A stretch of DNA of 64,000 nt. It comes from an uncultured archaeon (GTDB taxonomy: Archaea; Iainarchaeota; Iainarchaeia; Iainarchaeales; Iainarchaeaceae). The stretch spans positions 11,741-75,740 of the forward strand of contig CAZNZM010000002.1 in NCBI GenBank assembly GCA_964577555.1, given 5' to 3'. Below are positions 61,799 to 64,000 of this stretch, in pieces. Position 1 is the stretch's first letter. Each line of letters begins with the position of its first letter. The translations under genes were made by a program, and so were the position numbers. Below the pieces are notes generated by a model. The model saw nothing but the letters and a program-made list of their open reading frames with translations, was not told the origin of the DNA and made no database searches.

Positions 61799-62360
61799 CT
61801 CGTTTTTGGATAAATACATATTTACAAATTCTTTTAGCTACAAACACAACAACTTTTATTTAGTAAACATTCCGCTTGTTATAATTCCGGTTACTACTTT
61901 GGTTGCAATAGCTGAACAAAACAACAAAGACCTTAATATTGAAGTTTATTATTCAATAAAAGAGTCAATAATTTCTTTAATAAAAGAAAACATAATATTT
62001 GAATTTGGCACTAGCAATGAAAAAATTGTCGAATTCATGAATAATTTTTTTTCAGCTTGTGGTTGGGGGAAAATAGATATTATTGACCTTGATAAATTAA
62101 ATACGCGTGCAATACTTTCAGTTACAAATTCTCCTGTAGCAAAATTGTGTAAAATATCAAAAAATCCTTGTGACACTTTTCTGAGAGGCTTTTTTGCAGC
62201 AATATTTTCAACATATTTCAAAAAAGATATTGATTGTGTGGAAATAAAATGTGCCTGTCTTGGTTCGCAATCATGCGAGTTTATTATAAAACCTATTCAA
62301 GAATTCAATTTTGAAAATAATCTGACAAGAAATCAATTATTGTCTAAAAAAGATTTTTGA
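61791..62360 (+). CDS. V4R (4-vinyl-reductase-like) domain protein.
   Basis: ATG 61791 overlaps the upstream stop. The C-terminal VEIKCACLGSQSCEFII fits the E-x2-C-x3-G-x3-C-x-F V4R signature. Confidence 0.45.
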   Translation: MLNSFLDKYIFTNSFSYKHNNFYLVNIPLVIIPVTTLVAIAEQNNKDLNIEVYYSIKESIISLIKENIIFEFGTSNEKIVEFMNNFFSACGWGKIDIIDLDKLNTRAILSVTNSPVAKLCKISKNPCDTFLRGFFAAIFSTYFKKDIDCVEIKCACLGSQSCEFIIKPIQEFNFENNLTRNQLLSKKDF

Positions 62361-62458
62361 AATGTTTTATCATGTTAATTAAATTCAAAAGATTCAGTCA
62401 ATTACACAAAAAACTAGCAATTTTAATAACACCAGAACCTTTTAAATATGCCAAATAC

Positions 62459-63208
62459 ATGATATTTTTAATGATTGAAAGATGTCCTACAGGTATAGAA
62501 GGTTTGGATAAGGCATTAAACGGCGGAATACCAAGAAACAATATTGTCCTAATTTCAGGCGGAGCAGGAACCGGAAAAAGCACCCTTTGCCTTCAATTCT
62601 TAATTAACGGAGTAAAAATATTCAACGAAAAAAGCCTTTATATCTCAACAGAACAAAGCAAAAAAGAAATATTCAAAACAGCAGAGAGCTTTGGCTGGGA
62701 TTTGGCTTCACTCGAAGCCACTAACAAACTAAAAGTAGTTTACTTCGACATTGTCGAAACCGACGGCTTCTTAGAAAAAATGTATGAACTTTACACTTCT
62801 TTTATGCCAAAAAGAGTTGTCATAGACTCGTTAACAACACTAGCAGATTCTTTACTAATTTCCAATAAAGAAACAGACAAATCCTATTCGCTAGTTAAAA
62901 TAGCAGATAGTGTCTCACCAATACCAAAAACAGAAAGGCTAGTTCAAAAAAGCCTGCTTTATCACTTGATGAAAAAACTCCGCCTCTTTGACTCAACAAT
63001 CCTTCTAACTTCAGAATTACTTGAAGGACAAAACGGCCTCAGCGCCGACCAAATAAGCGAATTCGTATGTGATGGAGTGATGGTTTTAAAATATTTAGCA
63101 ATAGGCGAAACATTGAGTAGGACTATTGAAATAAAAAAAATGAGATACACTACTATTGAAGGCGGAATAAAATCTTATGAATTTAGTGATAATGGAATAA
63201 TACTTTGA
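62459..63208 (+). CDS. KaiC-like / RecA-superfamily single-domain ATPase.
   Basis: It has PTGIEGLDKALNGGIP...LISGGAGTGKSTL (Walker A) and a Walker B region VVIDSLT. The start is uncertain. The track ORF starts at TTG 62357. ATGs lie at 62459 and 62471. Confidence 0.65.
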   Translation: MIFLMIERCPTGIEGLDKALNGGIPRNNIVLISGGAGTGKSTLCLQFLINGVKIFNEKSLYISTEQSKKEIFKTAESFGWDLASLEATNKLKVVYFDIVETDGFLEKMYELYTSFMPKRVVIDSLTTLADSLLISNKETDKSYSLVKIADSVSPIPKTERLVQKSLLYHLMKKLRLFDSTILLTSELLEGQNGLSADQISEFVCDGVMVLKYLAIGETLSRTIEIKKMRYTTIEGGIKSYEFSDNGIIL

Positions 63209-63230
63209 TTTTTATGCGAGGTTAATTTTT

Positions 63231-64000
63231 ATGGATATTAAAGATAATTTTGTTAGACTTTATGTAAAGAGATTTGTAATTCCAAGAGCTTTGATTTTAG
63301 ATGTTCCTGGTTTTGTTAATTTTAAAATTTCTGGAAAAACTTCAATTTTTGCAAGACAACTTTTAGTTCCTGAATCATTTTTTATTAATTTAGAAAAAGT
63401 TATTGTCGAAAAATTCGGTGAAAAAGGAAAATCGATTTTTTATTCTGTTGGAAAAAAATTCGGTTATAGTTTTGCACAATTAGGAAGATTTGAAAATATC
63501 TCAGATCATCCTGGCGATGCTGTTAAGGATTGGATTGTTATAGCTAGTAAATTTGTTGAAGGAACTTATGCTTCTGAAATAAGCCAAGTTATTGATGTGA
63601 AAAATAAAACAGTAGATTATACTCTAAAAAATTTTGTAATTTGTAGAAAGTTAGGTTACGATTTTTTTTTAGCTACTGGCGGTGCAGCAGGTGTCATTGC
63701 ATGGTTATTTCAAGATAAAAACATAGAAGGGTATTATTATGATAATAAATTTTTGGAAGATGGCAACATTTGTAAAGTAAAATGTGCGCCATATAAAATA
63801 TTAAAAAATTCATTTTCTGACAACGTATTTTCTGAAACTAATTTAGATGATCTTACTCATGATCCAATGAATTACTTGAAGTTTAACGAAGAAAAGCCAC
63901 TAAGATATAATAAATCTTTTAGTAATTATCTAGATGCAAAAATATTTTCTTATGAAAATGGTATTGTGAGTTATAATTATAATAAAGAAAGATTTTTTTT
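63231..64000 (+). CDS. Hypothetical protein, possibly a second V4R-like domain protein. The 3' end runs off the window.
   Basis: An open frame runs from ATG 63231 to the window end, at least 256 aa. The Cys and Gly pattern FVICRKLGYDFFLATGGAAGV...CKVKCAPY resembles the upstream V4R protein. Confidence 0.35.
   Translation, partial: MDIKDNFVRLYVKRFVIPRALILDVPGFVNFKISGKTSIFARQLLVPESFFINLEKVIVEKFGEKGKSIFYSVGKKFGYSFAQLGRFENISDHPGDAVKDWIVIASKFVEGTYASEISQVIDVKNKTVDYTLKNFVICRKLGYDFFLATGGAAGVIAWLFQDKNIEGYYYDNKFLEDGNICKVKCAPYKILKNSFSDNVFSETNLDDLTHDPMNYLKFNEEKPLRYNKSFSNYLDAKIFSYENGIVSYNYNKERFF

Overview
This window is an AT-rich archaeal chromosome segment. The gene content and the absence of CCA on two of three tRNAs suggest a DPANN-like lineage, but that placement is a guess.

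Main features:
- Core information-processing genes on both strands: truD, aRF1, UMP kinase, dph2, L10e, topoisomerase VI A/B, a KH (Dim2-like) plus RIO1 pair, aIF-1A, aIF-2beta, MCM, MetRS, aIF-5A, PEP synthase, and an NcsA/TtuA-type tRNA thiolase.
- The classic archaeal exosome-proteasome superoperon at about 49.7-57.8 kb: L15e, RNase P p30, an HD-domain insert, Pop5, psmA, sdo1, rrp4, rrp41, rrp42, L37ae, rpoP, pcc1, pfdB and a DHH phosphoesterase.
- A membrane and ion-transport block: FTR1 iron permease, a P-type ATPase, a CPBP protease and an H+-PPase.
- Three tRNAs: Cys(GCA); Ala(GGC) with a 21-nt canonical intron; and Val(GAC) with encoded CCA.

Things that stand out:
1. A dispersed, strictly co-oriented intergenic repeat family of the form GCGAGCC(G/A)-T7-9 in degenerate tandem arrays. 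It fills at least 13 spacers between 2 and 46 kb and is always T-rich on the given strand whatever the flanking gene orientation.
2. The given strand is strongly T/G-rich for 55 kb. This ends abruptly inside rrp42 at about 55.3 kb, after which coding strands are A-rich on both strands and the repeat family is absent. This could be a skew switch or a chimeric join.
3. A NYN, Roadblock-like, MinD, Sm, intron-tRNA, long coiled-coil cluster.
4. A wHTH, V4R, KaiC-like ATPase, V4R cluster at the 3' end.
5. An orphan Mre11 behind tandem HAD phosphatases.
6. A bacterial-type bifunctional ribBA next to small HTH and Zn-ribbon genes.
7. Many TTG/GTG start codons.

No CRISPR arrays, rRNA genes or transposases were recognised.
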